The position numbers and the translations under genes are program-made. Below, piece by piece: positions 37,083 through 47,195 of a stretch of 64,000 nucleotides of DNA. The DNA is taken from positions 64,001 to 128,000 of the forward strand of contig CAWAWS010000020.1 of NCBI GenBank assembly GCA_963785725.1, in the 5' to 3' direction. How positions within the stretch are numbered: the stretch's first letter is position 1; every line of letters begins with the position of its first letter. The notes beneath the pieces were generated by a model. It ran no database searches, was not told the origin of the DNA, and saw only the letters and a program-made list of their open reading frames with translations. The DNA is from an uncultured delta proteobacterium. Lineage in GTDB: Bacteria; Myxococcota_A; Polyangia; Palsa-1104.

Positions 37083-38477
37083 ATGCTCCCTATCATCACT
37101 CGTGTGAACCACGAGCATGAAGTCGACCGGCTTGTTGCAGAGGCGCTCGCGCGGCAGGAGATGGATGGGGAGCGGCTGACCAATCGATGCCGCATCGCCC
37201 TGCTTCTGGTCGGTGGCCTCGATTTGGCGTTGGTATGGAATCAGCAGACGCCCGCCGCGGCTCGCTTCTTCTTGATCCACGGCCTATGCGTGTGTGCCTT
37301 CGCCGGAGCCGTGGAGTGGACCCTTTACGACCGTCACCGCTATCTGCCACGCCTCATGTATCTCACCGTGTTCATCGACGTCAGTTATGTCTTTGCCTAC
37401 ACAGTCGCGAGCCTGCTCAATCATTCGGGCGTCTATGCCATTTACCGCTCGCCGTTCATGTGGCTGCTTTTGGCGACAGTGAATGCACTCTCCGGCCTGC
37501 GCCATCGCGCGTCCGCCAGTCTTCTCGCGGGTGGCCTGACGCTCGTGTACGGCGGTCTTCAGCTGCTCGGCGTCATGGCCGTGCCGGTCGAGTGGTCGCA
37601 CAGCCTGGAGTTTGTCGGTCGGCGGCTCAACCTTGCCAACGCTGTGCAGACCATCGTGCTGGCCTCGGTTCCGGCGTGGGTGGCAGCAGTGGTGGCGAAC
37701 CGCTCTCGGCAGCTCGTGGTTCGTGAGGCCCGCGCCGCGGCGGAACGAGCGTCGCTTGAAGAGCGGCATCGCTATGCGATTAAGGAATTGGACGCGCTGC
37801 GCGAGCTCGCCAACGCCAAGGATCGCTTCCTCAACATTGCGTCACACGAGCTGCGCTCGCCGATAGCGGCCTTGCGCATGACGGTGCAGCTGGCCGCCGT
37901 CCAGCCCGATCAGGTGACGGATCCCGACAAAGGGGCCACATTCCTCGCGCGCCTCGAGCGTCAATCCACGCGCCTTACGCATCTCGTCGACCAACTTCTC
38001 GAGACGGCTCGGCTCGGACGCGAGCTCCCACTCAACCCGGAGACGTCCGACCTGGCGCAGCTTTGCCTCAACAGCATTGAAGCGCTCCCCCGCGATCGCA
38101 ACCAAGTGCTGCTCGAGAGTGCCGAGTCGCTCGTCGGCATCTGGGACCCGCTGCGCATCGAGCAGGTCATCACCAACCTATTGTCGAACGCATTGCGCTA
38201 TAGCCCACCCGGAGCGCCGGTGCGGCTGAGCGTGAGCGCCACGGCCGAGTGGGCAATCGTCACCGTCTCCGATCGGGGAATGGGCATTCCACGGAGCGAG
38301 CTCGGACGCCTCTTCACGCCGTTCTTTCGCGCCGAGAACGCTCGCAAGACGCACGGCGGCGGGCTCGGGCTCGGCCTCTACATCACGCATGAGATCGTCC
38401 GTCGTCACGGCGGAAACATCCGCGTGATGTCCGAAGTCGGCCTGGGAACGACTTTCGTGGTCGAGCTCCCTCGATAG
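37083..38477 (+). CDS. Multi-TM sensor histidine kinase
   Basis: Several TMs; ASHELRSP, NLLSNALRY, DRGMGI, GLGLGL. Confidence 0.9.
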   Translation: MLPIITRVNHEHEVDRLVAEALARQEMDGERLTNRCRIALLLVGGLDLALVWNQQTPAAARFFLIHGLCVCAFAGAVEWTLYDRHRYLPRLMYLTVFIDVSYVFAYTVASLLNHSGVYAIYRSPFMWLLLATVNALSGLRHRASASLLAGGLTLVYGGLQLLGVMAVPVEWSHSLEFVGRRLNLANAVQTIVLASVPAWVAAVVANRSRQLVVREARAAAERASLEERHRYAIKELDALRELANAKDRFLNIASHELRSPIAALRMTVQLAAVQPDQVTDPDKGATFLARLERQSTRLTHLVDQLLETARLGRELPLNPETSDLAQLCLNSIEALPRDRNQVLLESAESLVGIWDPLRIEQVITNLLSNALRYSPPGAPVRLSVSATAEWAIVTVSDRGMGIPRSELGRLFTPFFRAENARKTHGGGLGLGLYITHEIVRRHGGNIRVMSEVGLGTTFVVELPR

Positions 38478-38647
38478 CTGAACGGCCACATCGTGCACGG
38501 GCCTTCGGCAACGGCGGCGGCCCGCGGCGCGGCGCCGCGACGGTCGCAGCGAACCCACACGCCGGGACGGCAGATCCGCGGTGTCGACTGTCGTTTCCGG
38601 GCAACCTGCGATTGCACGCGTTTTGCATCGCCGCACCTTATAGATCT

Positions 38648-39754
38648 ATGCGGCCGATGATTCGACCCAATCCCGTCTCGTGCAGTCTCGATCTGCGTTC
38701 GGCGCTCGAGGCGATGGACGATCTCGCCTTCGTATTCGATGCGAATACGGAGCTCGTCTTCGTCAATCGAGCGGGGTTGCATATGTTCGGCTTTGCCAGT
38801 CTGGAAGAGGTGCGCCATGACATCGCAGGAGCGAGCCGCCTCGTTCGCGTCGTTCGAGTGTCCGGACACCATATCGCCAGGCCATTGGACCTCGTCCGGC
38901 AGGCGCTCGCCGGCGAGAAGGTGATCGAGGATCTCGAGCGCGCCGAGCCACTCGATGGCAGGCCTCATGTCATTCTGCGCATGACGCTCAATCCAATCAT
39001 CGACGCCAATGGCGTCGCCGTCGGCGTGCTCAAGATCGGCCACGACGTCACGTTCGAGCGAGAGCTCGCGGAGCTCAAGGAGGACTTCGTTCGCGTCGCG
39101 TCGCATGAGCTGCGCACGCCCGCCGCGATCCTGCGCCTCGCGGCAAACAGACTGCTGTCGAGTGAGGCGCTCTCGCCCGACGAGCTACGGAAGCGCGCCG
39201 AGACAATCGACCGGGCGACGCGCCGAATCGAGTGCATTTCGTGCAGGCTCGACGACATGGCCAGCATCTCCGGCGGAGCGGGAATCGTCCTCGACCTGGC
39301 TGAGGTGAGCCTGGACGCCATCGTTGCCGACGTGGTCGCCCGCCTCGACGGACCGGAAGCCGGCCGCGTCCATCTTTCGTCGACGCCGGCGTCGGTACGC
39401 GGCGACGCCAGGCGACTACGCCAAGTCATCGCGAGCGTGCTCGACAACGCGCTTCGCTATTCGATGGCGCCGGCGCCCGTGGAGGTCGCCGTGAGCGCGA
39501 ACGACGAGCTAGCGGAGGTGGCGGTCGTCGATCACGGCGTCGGCATTCTGCCCGACCGGCGCACCCACTTGTTCGAATCGTTTTATCGCGCGCACAACGG
39601 CGCGCCATTCGATCGGGGCGGCTTAGGCGCCAGCCTATACCTGGCCGCTCAAATCATGCGGGCGCACGAAGGACGCATTTGGTTCGAGCCCAACGCCAGC
39701 GGAGGGAGCATCTTCCGGATAGCGCTCGACACGACTCGCGGCGCCGAGGAATGA
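38648..39754 (+). CDS. Cytoplasmic PAS histidine kinase
   Basis: PAS-like (FVFD..LVFVNRAG); ASHELRTP, LDNALRY, DHGVGI, GLGASL. Confidence 0.85.
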   Translation: MRPMIRPNPVSCSLDLRSALEAMDDLAFVFDANTELVFVNRAGLHMFGFASLEEVRHDIAGASRLVRVVRVSGHHIARPLDLVRQALAGEKVIEDLERAEPLDGRPHVILRMTLNPIIDANGVAVGVLKIGHDVTFERELAELKEDFVRVASHELRTPAAILRLAANRLLSSEALSPDELRKRAETIDRATRRIECISCRLDDMASISGGAGIVLDLAEVSLDAIVADVVARLDGPEAGRVHLSSTPASVRGDARRLRQVIASVLDNALRYSMAPAPVEVAVSANDELAEVAVVDHGVGILPDRRTHLFESFYRAHNGAPFDRGGLGASLYLAAQIMRAHEGRIWFEPNASGGSIFRIALDTTRGAEE

Positions 39755-39871
39755 TTCGACTGCGTATACGACACTGGCCTAAAGGAATTCTCGGCTGGGA
39801 TACCCGGATCGATCGACCGCGCGGGCCGCTCGAATGGATCTTGGCGAATGTTGTAGGCTACCGACCGAGGC

Positions 39872-40156
39872 CGCCTCTATGATGTCGCGGGCAACGTCTG
39901 GGACGTGGTGCCGCGATTGTATCGACCCGACTACTACGTCTCTCTGACGGCGATGAATGCGATCGCGCGCAATCCGACGGGGCCGAACCGATCGTTCGAT
40001 CCCGACGAGCCGACCGAGCAGAAGCGGGTACAACGCGGCGGATCGTTCCTGTGCACCGATCAATATTGCTCGCGCTATCTCGTCGGCTCGCGCGGCAAAG
40101 GCGAAGTCTCGACCGGCGGCAATCATCTCGGCTTCCACTGCGTGCAGTCGCGTTAG
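39872..40156 (+). pseudogene. C-terminal relic of a formylglycine-generating enzyme (FGE/SUMF1) gene
   Basis: LYDVAGNVW..YRPDYY..NPTGP..RVQRGGSFLCTDQYCSRY..HLGFHCV; N-terminal portion absent. Confidence 0.8.
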
Positions 40157-40359
40157 AGGACACGAGCGACGACGACGATGGCGTGAACGCCGCCAGCCCG
40201 GACTGCGAGCCACGACGACGTGCGCGACTGCGGCGCGCCGCATGACGAGTGTCGTCTGCCGAGTCATCTCCGCCGAAGAAGTCGCGCCGCCTACGCGACG
40301 GCGCTCATTCGCCGGCTGTCATTCGACGAACAGGGTGGGCGCGCTTGGCTCGTGATGCG

Positions 40360-40887
40360 TCATTCGGCGAGCGTCGTGCACAGGTTCTCCTCGCGACCGA
40401 CGTGCACCGGCAGGGTCTGCACGCCGCTCGCGCTGTAGTCGACCACGAAGACGCCGTCGAGCACCCACATTCCTTGCGCCAGCGGGCTGCCGAAGAACGC
40501 GACGGCGACGGGCCCGGCATAATCCCACTGCGCCGAGCCGTCTTGCCCCCACTGCACGAGCGCGTCGCCGCTCAGGTTGCGCGTGACCGCGACGCCGCTC
40601 TCGACGTTCGTGAACTTATAGACGAGCGCGCCCTTGTAAGCCTGTCGACGCGGGCTGCCGTCGGGCCAGGTCTGCAGGATCTTCGTGACCACCTCGTCCT
40701 CGACGACGTCGGCCTGCAGCGTGAACGCGCACAGCCCGCCGGCGGGAATCGTGAACGACTCCTGCGGCGAGCGCTGCCAACCTGGCGGCACGACGGACGC
40801 CGCCTCGCCGGCGCGCGCTCCCGATGTGACACCGCTCACGACCAATGAGGCGACAAACGCTGCTGCGACTGCGGAAAAGCTTCGCAT
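40360..40887 (-). CDS. Secreted hypothetical protein
   Basis: AGGAGG RBS; signal ending ARA; two Cys (LCAF, NLC); beta-rich. Confidence 0.8.
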   Translation of the reverse strand: MRSFSAVAAAFVASLVVSGVTSGARAGEAASVVPPGWQRSPQESFTIPAGGLCAFTLQADVVEDEVVTKILQTWPDGSPRRQAYKGALVYKFTNVESGVAVTRNLSGDALVQWGQDGSAQWDYAGPVAVAFFGSPLAQGMWVLDGVFVVDYSASGVQTLPVHVGREENLCTTLAE

Positions 40888-41221
40888 TCCGACCCTCCTA
40901 CCAATAAGGGCCCGGCGCGCCGCCAATCGGCTCACGAATTCGTGCTTCGCGCTTCGCCAAAATGCAAATCGACGGCGAAAGCGGGCTCGCGGGCGATCGC
41001 GCCTCGGAAAACCGGGCCCGGATTAATGTGGCCTGCCCGAGTGATCTGCCCGACGGGCGCGGCGCCGTCGTAGGGCGCGGCCAACTGCGACTCCAGCTCG
41101 TCCGTCGCCGTCGACTGCCGACGATAGCCGGCGGCAGCGCGTCCATCCGCGCGCGGATATTCGGCGGCCGCCCCTTGCGCGCATGCCGCCACCGTCGAAC
41201 ACTACCGAACGCGAGGTCATC

Positions 41222-41884
41222 GTGAAGCTACAGCTCATCAGCCATCCCGTGTGTCCGTATGTTCATCGCTCGCTCATCACGCTGCTCGAAAAAGGCGTGC
41301 CGCACGAGCTCACCTACATCGATCTGGCCAACAAGCCCGACTGGTTCAAGCAGCTGTCGCCGCGCGGCAAGATCCCGCTCTTGGTCGTCGACGGTCAGAC
41401 GCTGTTCGAATCGGGCGCCATCAACGAGTTCCTCGACGAGACGCACGCGCCGCGGCTGCTCTCGGACGACGCCATCACGCGGGCTCGCGAGCGCGCCTGG
41501 ATCGAGGTCGCCAACGACGTCTTCGCGTCGCATTTTCGCCTGCTCTCGGCGCCGACCGCCGCCGATTACACCGCGGCGCAAGCGGCGCTCGACGGCGCGC
41601 TGGCGGCGCTCGAAGGCAGCGTGCGCGCGCCCTTCTTCGGCGGCGACCGGTTCTCGCTCGTCGACGTCGCGATGGCGCCGGCGTTCCTGCGTTTCGCCGT
41701 CTCCGAAGCGCACGGGGCGCCGCCGCTCTTGACGGCGTTCCCCAGGCTCGCCGCCTGGAGCCGGGAGCTCCTGGCGCGGCCGTCGACGACGCGCGCCGTG
41801 CCCGCCGACTTCGCCGATCACTACTTGACGCTGCTGCGCCAGCGCGGCGGTCACCTCGTCAAAGCGATCATGAAGCTCGGCTGA
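41222..41884 (+). CDS. Glutathione S-transferase (CPY motif)
   Basis: VCPYVHR, KPDWF..SPRGKIP, LFESGAINEFLDE, FSLVD. Confidence 0.93.
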   Translation: MKLQLISHPVCPYVHRSLITLLEKGVPHELTYIDLANKPDWFKQLSPRGKIPLLVVDGQTLFESGAINEFLDETHAPRLLSDDAITRARERAWIEVANDVFASHFRLLSAPTAADYTAAQAALDGALAALEGSVRAPFFGGDRFSLVDVAMAPAFLRFAVSEAHGAPPLLTAFPRLAAWSRELLARPSTTRAVPADFADHYLTLLRQRGGHLVKAIMKLG

Positions 41885-41955
41885 ACGCTTACGGCGACTA
41901 CGTCTTCACCAACTGGTCGCGCAGCCGTCGACTAGGACGCGGCACACTCCGCGGC

Positions 41956-42246
41956 ATGTTGTTGCTCAAAAGCAAGATCGACCGGGCGCTGGCGTTCGTG
42001 CATGCCGCCATCGAGGATCCGACGGACGCGCCGCTGCGCGACGCCAACCAACACGCCGCCGAGGTGCTCGAGGATCTCGACACCTTCGCCATTCGCCCGG
42101 AATTACGCGGCGAAGTGGCGCAGCTGACGATCGCGCTGCAGACGCTCAAGAAGATCCTGTGGCAGCAGCCGAACGCGCTCCTGACGTCGCTGCCGCTGAT
42201 CACGCAGACCGACCGCATGGCCACGCGCACGCTGCCGTCGATGTGA
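41956..42246 (+). CDS. Hypothetical helical protein, 96 aa
   Basis: Coding-like GC3; -10-like CACACT 7 nt upstream. Confidence 0.6.
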   Translation: MLLLKSKIDRALAFVHAAIEDPTDAPLRDANQHAAEVLEDLDTFAIRPELRGEVAQLTIALQTLKKILWQQPNALLTSLPLITQTDRMATRTLPSM

Positions 42247-42397
42247 CCGCTCGCCGACTCGGCCGCGGCGACGTCAGCGCGCGGCAAGTCGGCGAACGCC
42301 ATGCAACATCGCCGCGACCGCCAGCAATCCCGTAACAATCGGCTCAGGCAGCGGCGTCGCCGCTTGGCATTTTCCAGGCGCAGCTTCCTCATCGCAT

Positions 42398-42413
42398 GTA
42401 AACGATCGTTTAC
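42398..42413. promoter_or_regulatory. Perfect 16-bp palindrome, TetR-operator-like
   Basis: GTAAACGATCGTTTAC. Confidence 0.5.
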
Positions 42414-42729
42414 TTATCGCAGCAGCCGCGGTCGCGGCCGACGTTCAGTTACGCTCGCCGCCGCGTTTGCTCCTGATCGGGCGTATCCAATTCGATTAGT
42501 GAGTCACCGACCGGCTGCGCGAGAGATTCAGAGCTTACTGCACGCCTCGTCGAAATAGGCCCACACGAGCGCGCTGCCGCCGTCTACGTCGCTGCTCGGA
42601 GGATACAATCCGCCGACGAAGCAGGAGCTCCCGCCGTATCCGCAGCGCTTTCCTGCGACGTTGCACGGGGTCGACCCAGTGCGGCGAGTAATCGGGTCGA
42701 TATCCACGAACGCTTACGCCGTTCGACTG

Positions 42730-43566
42730 TTACAGGAAGTGAATGGGGAACGTCGGCGGCGGCAAGAACGGCGGATACATGATGGAGTCCGTCCAATCCC
42801 CGTCGAGGATGGTTTCCGTGCCCGAATAGTTACCGTAATAATCGGGCGCAATCGACAGCGCAATGCCGACGAGGACGGGGCCGTTTCCGAAGTCCTCGAG
42901 GCAAGGCCCGCCCGAATCGCCGGGCGCCAACATCGCATGCGTCGCATTCTGCATGACGTTCCAGGTGCCGGTCGTCGTATTGAGCGGGCCGGCGGTCATC
43001 GTCGCCGATAACAGATTCGTGCCCGCCGTATTGTCGATGGTGTTCTCGGAAGTCTGCTGTCCCCAGCCATAGCAGGTGACCGTGCCGCCCGGCGTCGGCC
43101 CCAACGACACTGAAGGCATGCCCCAATTCTGATGCTGCGCAGAGAACGTCGCCGGCTTGGCCAGCTTGATCAGCATCTGGTCATACGTATGCGGGCTCGT
43201 ATGATTGTTGTATTTAGGATCGAGATAGATTGCGCTCGCCTGAATCCATCCCGACGAATATTGGCTGGCTGACTGCACTTCGGTCTGCGCGGCCGTGTAT
43301 GTGATGACGCCGGCGCTGTTCTCGAAGCAGTGCGCCGCGGTCAGCACCCATTGCGGATCGAGGAATACGCCACTGCAACTGAAGCCATTGACGAGGTTGT
43401 CGCCCACGAAGACGAGCGCGTTCCATTCGGTGCTGTCGTCGGGATAGGGCACCGGCGTGCCTTTGACGATGGCCTCTTGCTCGCTCGCCGTCGGCGGCAG
43501 GCCCGTGCAGGCCGTCGCGCCCAGAGTCGGCAAACATAACAGTGCGGCCAGGATGTGTCGTTTCAC
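42730..43566 (-). CDS. S1 (chymotrypsin-clan) serine protease
   Basis: GAGGAG RBS plus GTG; signal ..ATAC; IVKG; CSGVF..WVLTAAHC, YDQML, GDSGGP. Confidence 0.92.
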   Translation of the reverse strand: MKRHILAALLCLPTLGATACTGLPPTASEQEAIVKGTPVPYPDDSTEWNALVFVGDNLVNGFSCSGVFLDPQWVLTAAHCFENSAGVITYTAAQTEVQSASQYSSGWIQASAIYLDPKYNNHTSPHTYDQMLIKLAKPATFSAQHQNWGMPSVSLGPTPGGTVTCYGWGQQTSENTIDNTAGTNLLSATMTAGPLNTTTGTWNVMQNATHAMLAPGDSGGPCLEDFGNGPVLVGIALSIAPDYYGNYSGTETILDGDWTDSIMYPPFLPPPTFPIHFL

Positions 43567-43863
43567 TGGGTCTCCTCGAAGCTGAGGAGCGCAATAGAGC
43601 ACGCGCAGCCGCGCCGCACCGGTGAGCGTGGTCACGACCGTCGTGTCGATAGTGATTCCGTAAGCTCGTGCCAGGCGTAAGAGCCGCTCGACGAAACGCC
43701 GAGCAGACATGGGACGAACACCTGGTGCGTCCTAGGTGCGTCTTTACGAACTGGAGCTCGCCGGCATCCGGTTCGCTTCCTCGACGGATCGGTCCGCTGG
43801 TTTTCTAGAGATGGCGCGCTTCCTAGCGCGGCGCCGCAAGCTGACGACGCAGTTGGCGCGCTC

Positions 43864-44529
43864 TCAAATGCCGATACCGACTTTGAGCGTGAACGTATCG
43901 CCGGTCAGGTTCTTGTAGGCCATTCCGCCGCTCGGGTTTTGCATCATCGTCAATACGTCGACGCCATGCCACGGCGAGCGCATCCAGCCGGCGGCTATCG
44001 ACAAATAACTGCGTCCATACATATACGTTTCAATGCCGGTCTCGATACCGCCGCCGTATATCCACGTCGTCGCCGATTGTCCCGAATAGGTCGTGCCCGC
44101 GACCGTCAACGCGCCTTCCAATTGTCCCGACAATATGCCGCCGACGAAGCGGCCTTCGAGGAATGGCGTGACGCGCATTGGATATTGAATGCCGGCGTTC
44201 AACCCCAATAAGCCGTAGCCGAGCTTGACCGGCGTGGTGGCGAACGTCGCGCCGCCGCCGCCGCCTTCGAGCTCGACGCCGACCCGCAGCCAACGGCGCG
44301 ACAGCGCATAAGCGTCGACTTGCGCGCCGTCGAGCCAGAGCTGTCCGCCTTGCAAGCCGCTGATCGCGAACAGTCGATAGGACGCTTTTAGGCGCGGCAC
44401 GGGCCGGTCATGCTTCGGCGTCTCGACGACGCTGCCGGCGGCCTCAGCGTCACCATCGGCGCGCGCCGTGCCGATCGTCGATAGGGAGACAATCGTCGCG
44501 GCGAGAAGAATTCGACACCATTCGCCCAT
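43864..44529 (-). CDS. Probable small outer-membrane beta-barrel protein
   Basis: Signal ARA-D; amphipathic Gly/aromatic strands; ends FTLKVGIGI. Confidence 0.7.
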   Translation of the reverse strand: MGEWCRILLAATIVSLSTIGTARADGDAEAAGSVVETPKHDRPVPRLKASYRLFAISGLQGGQLWLDGAQVDAYALSRRWLRVGVELEGGGGGATFATTPVKLGYGLLGLNAGIQYPMRVTPFLEGRFVGGILSGQLEGALTVAGTTYSGQSATTWIYGGGIETGIETYMYGRSYLSIAAGWMRSPWHGVDVLTMMQNPSGGMAYKNLTGDTFTLKVGIGI

Positions 44530-44907
44530 GCCTGTCGGTAGCGATGGGTTCGCCGGGCGTTCACGTCACGCAGGCCATGAATGCTTCTCGACTGACGCGC
44601 GACAAACAAGGACTCGGCGATAGCTCGCGCGGCGCCGCTCAGGCGATCGCGGGCGCGACGAGGCGCTGGTCGCGCGGCTCCGGCATGAGGAAGTGGAGGC
44701 GGCGCCACCGCGGCAATCGCTGCCAGAACAGGCACGCGCTCCCGCTCGATGCACGATGACGCCGGCGCTGACCTGACTCACGCGACGCGCCAACGCCGAC
44801 CGCGGTCGTGATGGCGCGTCGCGTGCGGTTGAAGCGACCCGTCCCGCGCGTCACATCTGCGATGACGAGCGCGGACACGGGATCGCGCCCGCTCGATCGG
44901 AAGAGCG

Positions 44908-45651
44908 CTAGACCTGCGCGAAGCCGCCGTCGACGAACAGCTCGGTGCCGGTCACGTAGCTCGCGGCGTCCGACGCCAGGAACGACACGGCCTTGGCGAT
45001 CTCCTCGGCGCGACCCAGACGCCCGAGCGGCACCGCGCCGGCGTACGCCGCCTCCAGCTGCGCGCCCTTCGCGCCCGTCAAAACCTCCAAGCCCGGCGTC
45101 AAAATCGGGCCCGGGCTGACGACGTTGACGCGGATCTTGCGCTCCTTCAAATCCGTCGTGAAGGTGCGCGCGAACGACCGCAAAGCGGCCTTCGTCGCGC
45201 TGTAGACGGCGTTGTTGCCGAGCCCCTTCGAGCCGACCACCGACGAGCACAAGATGACGGAGCTGCCGTCGCGCAGGAGCGGCAGCGCCTTTTGCACGGT
45301 GAAGAGCGCGCCTTTGACGTTGATGTCGAAGTGGCGATCGAACTCCTCCTCGGTGATGGCGCCCAGCTTTTGGTAGGCGGCCACGCCGGCGTTGGCGAAC
45401 ACGATGTCGAGCCGTCCTTTTTGTTTTTGGATCGCCGCCATGACGCGGTCGAGGTCGGCGAGCTTGGCGACGTCGCCGACGATGCCGGTGACGTTCTTGC
45501 CGATGGCGGCGACGGCGTCATCGAGCTCCTTTTGCCGGCGCGCCGTGATGAAGACGTAGGCGCCATCGGCCACGAACTGGTGCGCCGTGGCGAGGCCGAT
45601 GCCGCTGTTGCCACCGGTGATGAGTGCCACTTTATCGGTCAATGCGCCCAT
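44908..45651 (-). CDS. Short-chain dehydrogenase/reductase
   Basis: TGGNSGIG, FANAG, YSATK, VTGTELFVDGG. Confidence 0.95.
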   Translation of the reverse strand: MGALTDKVALITGGNSGIGLATAHQFVADGAYVFITARRQKELDDAVAAIGKNVTGIVGDVAKLADLDRVMAAIQKQKGRLDIVFANAGVAAYQKLGAITEEEFDRHFDINVKGALFTVQKALPLLRDGSSVILCSSVVGSKGLGNNAVYSATKAALRSFARTFTTDLKERKIRVNVVSPGPILTPGLEVLTGAKGAQLEAAYAGAVPLGRLGRAEEIAKAVSFLASDAASYVTGTELFVDGGFAQV

Positions 45652-45673
45652 GGGTCGTTCTCCTTGGTGAGCT

Positions 45674-45730
45674 AATGATGATGTTTGACATCGAACGTTA
45701 TGATGATTAGTATCAGCATTAGCAATGTCA
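45674..45730. promoter_or_regulatory. Divergent SDR/TetR promoter with ATGAT..ATC dyads
   Basis: AT-rich; ATGATGTTTGACATC and ATGATTAGTATCAG imperfect dyads; TTGACA. Confidence 0.5.
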
Positions 45731-45750
45731 AGGCACGAAGGAGCGCAATC

Positions 45751-46302
45751 GTGAAGCTGTCTAAAGAGCAAGCGGCCCGTAACCGCGAGCAGATCCTGGA
45801 CGTGGCGTCGCGGCTGTTTCGGCAGCGCGGCATCGACGCGGTGTCGGTCGCCGAGGTGATGGACGCGGCTGGCTTCACGCACGGCGGGTTCTATAATCAC
45901 TTCGCCGACAAAGGCGCGCTGGCCGTCGAGGCGGTGTTGGCGACGTTCGAGCAGTCGGTGAGCGCGCTCGAGCGGGCGACGACCGACGGCGTGGACGCGT
46001 ACGTCAAGGGCTATTTGTCGCCGGCGCATCGGGACGGCGACGGCTGTCCGGCCACGTCGCTGGCGCCGGAGGCGGCGCGGCATCCCGAGGTGCAGGCGGC
46101 GTATGCCGACGGGCTGGAGGCGATGATCGAGATGTTCGCCGAAGCGCTCGCGCGCAGCGGGCAGGTGGCGGCGCGGGAGGCGCGGACGCAGGCGGTGCGG
46201 AAGCTGAGCGAGCTGGTCGGCGCGCTGACGCTGGCGCGGGCGGTGCGGACGGCGGAGCCGAAGCTGTCGAACGAGATTCTGCGGGCGAGCCGCGAGCCGT
46301 AA
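45751..46302 (+). CDS. TetR/AcrR-family regulator
   Basis: AAGGAG plus GTG; NREQILDVASRLFRQRG..VM..AGFTHGGFYNHF; GCP. Confidence 0.93.
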   Translation: MKLSKEQAARNREQILDVASRLFRQRGIDAVSVAEVMDAAGFTHGGFYNHFADKGALAVEAVLATFEQSVSALERATTDGVDAYVKGYLSPAHRDGDGCPATSLAPEAARHPEVQAAYADGLEAMIEMFAEALARSGQVAAREARTQAVRKLSELVGALTLARAVRTAEPKLSNEILRASREP

Positions 46303-46388
46303 CAGCGGGCGGCCGCCTGCTTTGACATCGGCGCGAGCGGCGACACCGGCGCGCCCCAAGCCGCGCACTCGCGCGACCGGCTGGGCGG

Positions 46389-47195
46389 TCACCAAACGTA
46401 GCGGCGGATTCGGTCGCGCCAGGTCGCCGCCAACGCGACTGGCCGCGGCCGGTCGGGCCGGTCGGACCCATGGAATGCCGGGAGCTCGCCTGCCGTCTGA
46501 CAGAGCTGCACCGGCGGGCCGAGCGGCTGCCGAAACACCAGCGTCGCCGCGTGGCCCGGCGGCCGCTGCCAGCGACCGGCGCGCCAGCTGACGACGCGCG
46601 GCGCGGCCCGTCCGTGCGGATGCGCCACCACCCGAACGAACGACGTCTGCGGATCCTTCAGCAGCAGCCGCACCGTCGACGACTGGCTTCGCGTGCGCGA
46701 CAACACGACGTCGCGCCCGTGCGGCGTATCGGCCGTGGCCTCGATCTGCTGCCCAGCGAGCGGTCGGGCGAAGGTCAGCTCGACGGCGTCCCAGCCGACT
46801 CCTGACAACGGCAGCTCGAAAGCGATGCTTCCGAGCGACGGCCGCCACGTCACGGGCGCGGCATAGTCCTCCTGCCATGCCAGCGCCCGCTCGCCCGGAC
46901 GATACTGATCGACGTCAATCGGCGCCGCCAGCTGCGAGGCGCCAGCCGGCAGCGCGACCTCCTTCCAGCCCGGCGTCGCGTCGGCGGGTGTCCAGCAGAA
47001 GCGCACCGGCCGACACGCCGGTAAAATGACAGCCATCATCATGAGCGGCACGGCGCGAAAGCTCGCTTGCCGGCGCAGGCTCGCGTCTTTGATGATCATC
47101 GTCATCATTGACGTGAATAATCGGAAGCGACTTCGCGGTCGCCGGCGGGGCGCGTCTTCGATGATATGCGTCATCATTCGCTCGCGGCCGATCAC
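46389..47195 (-). CDS. Hypothetical exported protein, partner of DUF2339 (start uncertain)
   Basis: GTGA overlap with upstream stop; degenerate N-terminal repeats, then MMMAVILPAC. Confidence 0.6.
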   Translation of the reverse strand: MIGRERMMTHIIEDAPRRRPRSRFRLFTSMMTMIIKDASLRRQASFRAVPLMMMAVILPACRPVRFCWTPADATPGWKEVALPAGASQLAAPIDVDQYRPGERALAWQEDYAAPVTWRPSLGSIAFELPLSGVGWDAVELTFARPLAGQQIEATADTPHGRDVVLSRTRSQSSTVRLLLKDPQTSFVRVVAHPHGRAAPRVVSWRAGRWQRPPGHAATLVFRQPLGPPVQLCQTAGELPAFHGSDRPDRPRPVALAATWRDRIRRYVW

